From: Oligoflexales bacterium | Lineage (GTDB): Bacteria; Bdellovibrionota_B; Oligoflexia; Oligoflexales; Bog-1112 | Length of the DNA: 19,114 bases | Direction of reading: 5' to 3' | Assembly: GCA_045105515.1 (NCBI GenBank) | Contig: JBGCDR010000135.1 | Span: forward strand, 1-19,114 | Part shown: positions 17,340 to 19,114 of the stretch, piece by piece | Layout of the letters: each line of letters opens with the position of its first letter | How positions within the stretch are numbered: position 1 is the stretch's first letter | The notes under the pieces: model-generated | Databases searched by the model: none | Told to the model about the DNA's origin: nothing | Seen by the model: only the letters and a program-made list of their open reading frames with translations | Made by a program: the position numbers and the translations under genes

Positions 17340-17914
17340 TGCGCAGTGTACTTTAATTTGGCACGAATTTGGGCACGTATGGCTATAAGCCTAAAAGCTT
17401 TGTAGTTTGATGGGGGGCAGAAACATTTTGCAGAACGACAACTTTGGCATATTAGCAGCGTTGCGTTTGGGTGACATTTTTCAAACCTAAAAATTAGGCG
17501 AGAGTTGCTAGTCAAGACCTAAGCAAAGAATATTCCCGGGCTCAACTATTTGAAAGAGGCGATTCCATTGCTTTTTTCTGCGAAGCCCTCATCCCAATCC
17601 ATGGAGTCAAAGTTGCGAACAAACAGACTCTTTGCACACCAGGAGATGCCTGTCCGAACCAGTTTTTTTCCGATTTTCCTGTATCTACTTTTAACGATAA
17701 CTCACCGTTTGAAAATGAAGTTAATATAATAGAAAATCTTGTACTTTCCTGTCCAAAAAAGTTCGATCTCTTTGTGCGACTTTGGAAGGTGGAAGCTAAT
17801 ATATATAAAGTGTCCAATAATGTAGATTAGTTAATCGTTGGCATTGATTTATTCTTTGTCAATTCATAATCAGAGATATGTTTTCATGGAAAATATATTT
17901 TAATCTCAGCAAGC

Positions 17915-18337
17915 TTATTTACTATCTTGATTTAATCTGCAAGAAAACTGATTCCTATGGATCGGCGAATTTCCTGAACTATCGATTGCTCTCAAAGTGA
18001 AATATAATTTCTCCCCAACCTTTTGTAAGCTCCCTTTCGCTGTAATTTCATTTTCCGATTTATATTCTAGATTTGCCACCGTCCTAGAATTATTCCAAAA
18101 AAAGTGAGATCTTAATGAATTAGCTCTTTCATATTTGCCCTTTATATGAAAGCCACAATCATCTAAATATATATTTTCACAATTAAATTGATCTATTTTT
18201 ACAGTCTTTTTTTCAGTTTTATCACCAAATTCACAAATTCCCTTCCATGTTCCTCCGAAATTTTCACAACTATTTTGTTGTGCTAAACCGATATTAGATA
18301 TCAGTAGATATGCTGTATATATGATCAATCCCCTCAT
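17915..18337 (-). CDS. Small exported cysteine-containing hypothetical protein (140 aa)
   Basis: ATG at 18337 with GAGG RBS. Signal peptide MRGLIIYTAYLLISNIGLA; mature part SCENFGGTWKGICEF… with five Cys and an alternating beta-strand pattern. Confidence 0.8.
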   Translation of the reverse strand: MRGLIIYTAYLLISNIGLAQQNSCENFGGTWKGICEFGDKTEKKTVKIDQFNCENIYLDDCGFHIKGKYERANSLRSHFFWNNSRTVANLEYKSENEITAKGSLQKVGEKLYFTLRAIDSSGNSPIHRNQFSCRLNQDSK

Positions 18338-18557
18338 AATATTCCTCGCTTTCAAAAATATTTTGCTAAGAGCAATATAGAAATAGATGTAGAAAAATGC
18401 AAGACAGACCAATTTTTACCATATATGTTATATTTCTTGAAATTTAAGGGTGTAGAATAAAAAATTTCAAAAAGGCTTAGTTTTCTTACCTTAGAATTGA
18501 TTTAATGCGCATTTTTTACTATAAGGACTATGGATAAATATAATGTAAGGGAAGGTA

Positions 18558-19002
18558 ATGAACATATTTAATCGTATAATTATAGCTATTTTCCTTTTAA
18601 TATCATCTATTTCTGCTGCTACTCCATCACCAAAAATAACCGATGAACAAAAAAAATCTATAGTGCTCACGATAACAAAAACTATTTTAGGAAAAAATAT
18701 CTCACAATTTCTATCTATAAGTGTTGCAACTGGCCTGAAAAATTCCAAGGCAGAAGCTAGAAATAATACCGAACAACTTATTGATAAAAAGGCTATAGAG
18801 ATTTTTGAGATTTTTGAGAATGCTTTAAGAAAAAGTTCAAAAATAAATATTAAAGTGATCGAAAAATCTGATAGTAAAGGCTTTGAAAAAATATTTGAGT
18901 GGCGTTTTAGAAAATAAAGTTGCACTGCTCAAATATTTAAAAATAGATGAAGATCAAAAGGATGTCTATTTAAAAGAGTTGTCTAATTTTTTAACCGGCT
19001 AA
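18558..19002 (+). pseudogene. Exported helical hypothetical protein, apparently interrupted by a +1 frameshift (intact ORF as read: 18558..18917)
   Basis: GGAAGG RBS and signal peptide MNIFNRIIIAIFLLISSISAA. The +1 frame is open from 18859 to 19002 and continues naturally (ENLIVKALKKYLSGVLENKVALLKYLKIDEDQKDVYLKELSNFLTG*) if one A is removed from the A5 run at 18862-18866 or the A6 run at 18886-18891. Confidence 0.6.
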
Positions 19003-19114
19003 TATTATTATTTTATATGATTATTATGTAAATATTGATAAGCTGATCCCAAACGTAATTCTGGGAGGGCTTGATATGTTTATTTTCATGTTACCGGAAA
19101 GACAAGTGAAATCA

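Noticed and set aside
17358..17375. Sigma-54 promoter TTGGCACGAATTTGGGC
   Set aside because: The -12 GC is one base out of the required GG-N10-GC spacing, and it points away from glutamine synthetase.
17256..17520. Glutamine riboswitch (glnA RNA motif) upstream of GSIII
   Set aside because: I could not find the expected three-stem junction or conserved segments by eye; an Infernal/Rfam scan would settle it.
17327..17817. ORFs 17327-17515 and 17542-17817 as genes
   Set aside because: TTG starts, no clear RBS and no recognisable motifs.
18491..18925. 144-aa minus-strand ORF
   Set aside because: Antisense shadow of the + strand signal-peptide gene, which has the RBS.

Overview
AT-rich bacterial chromosomal segment with about 14 protein-coding genes. 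No rRNA, tRNA, CRISPR array, transposase or integrase was recognised. In order: the 3' end of an unknown CDS, a sigma-54-dependent response regulator, a half-size GDT1/TMEM165 protein, an HTH/coiled-coil protein and an exported hypothetical protein. Next come a membrane-anchored CheA-like (Hpt + HATPase) kinase converging on an orphan family-3 substrate-binding protein, an RNase II/R-family (RNB) nuclease with an apparent signal peptide, and an exported PldB-like alpha/beta hydrolase. Then an ATM1-type ABC exporter, a NERD nuclease-SF1 helicase with a C-terminal cold-shock-like domain, type III glutamine synthetase, and two small exported proteins, the last apparently broken by a +1 frameshift. 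The gene repertoire suggests a Bdellovibrionota/Oligoflexia-like organism, but that is inference only. The most notable items are (1) the apparently secreted, CSD-less RNase II-family enzyme next to a secreted lipolytic enzyme, (2) the NERD-helicase-CSD fusion, and (3) the possible SBP/CheA-like kinase sensing pair. All family calls come from motif recognition by eye; no searches were run.
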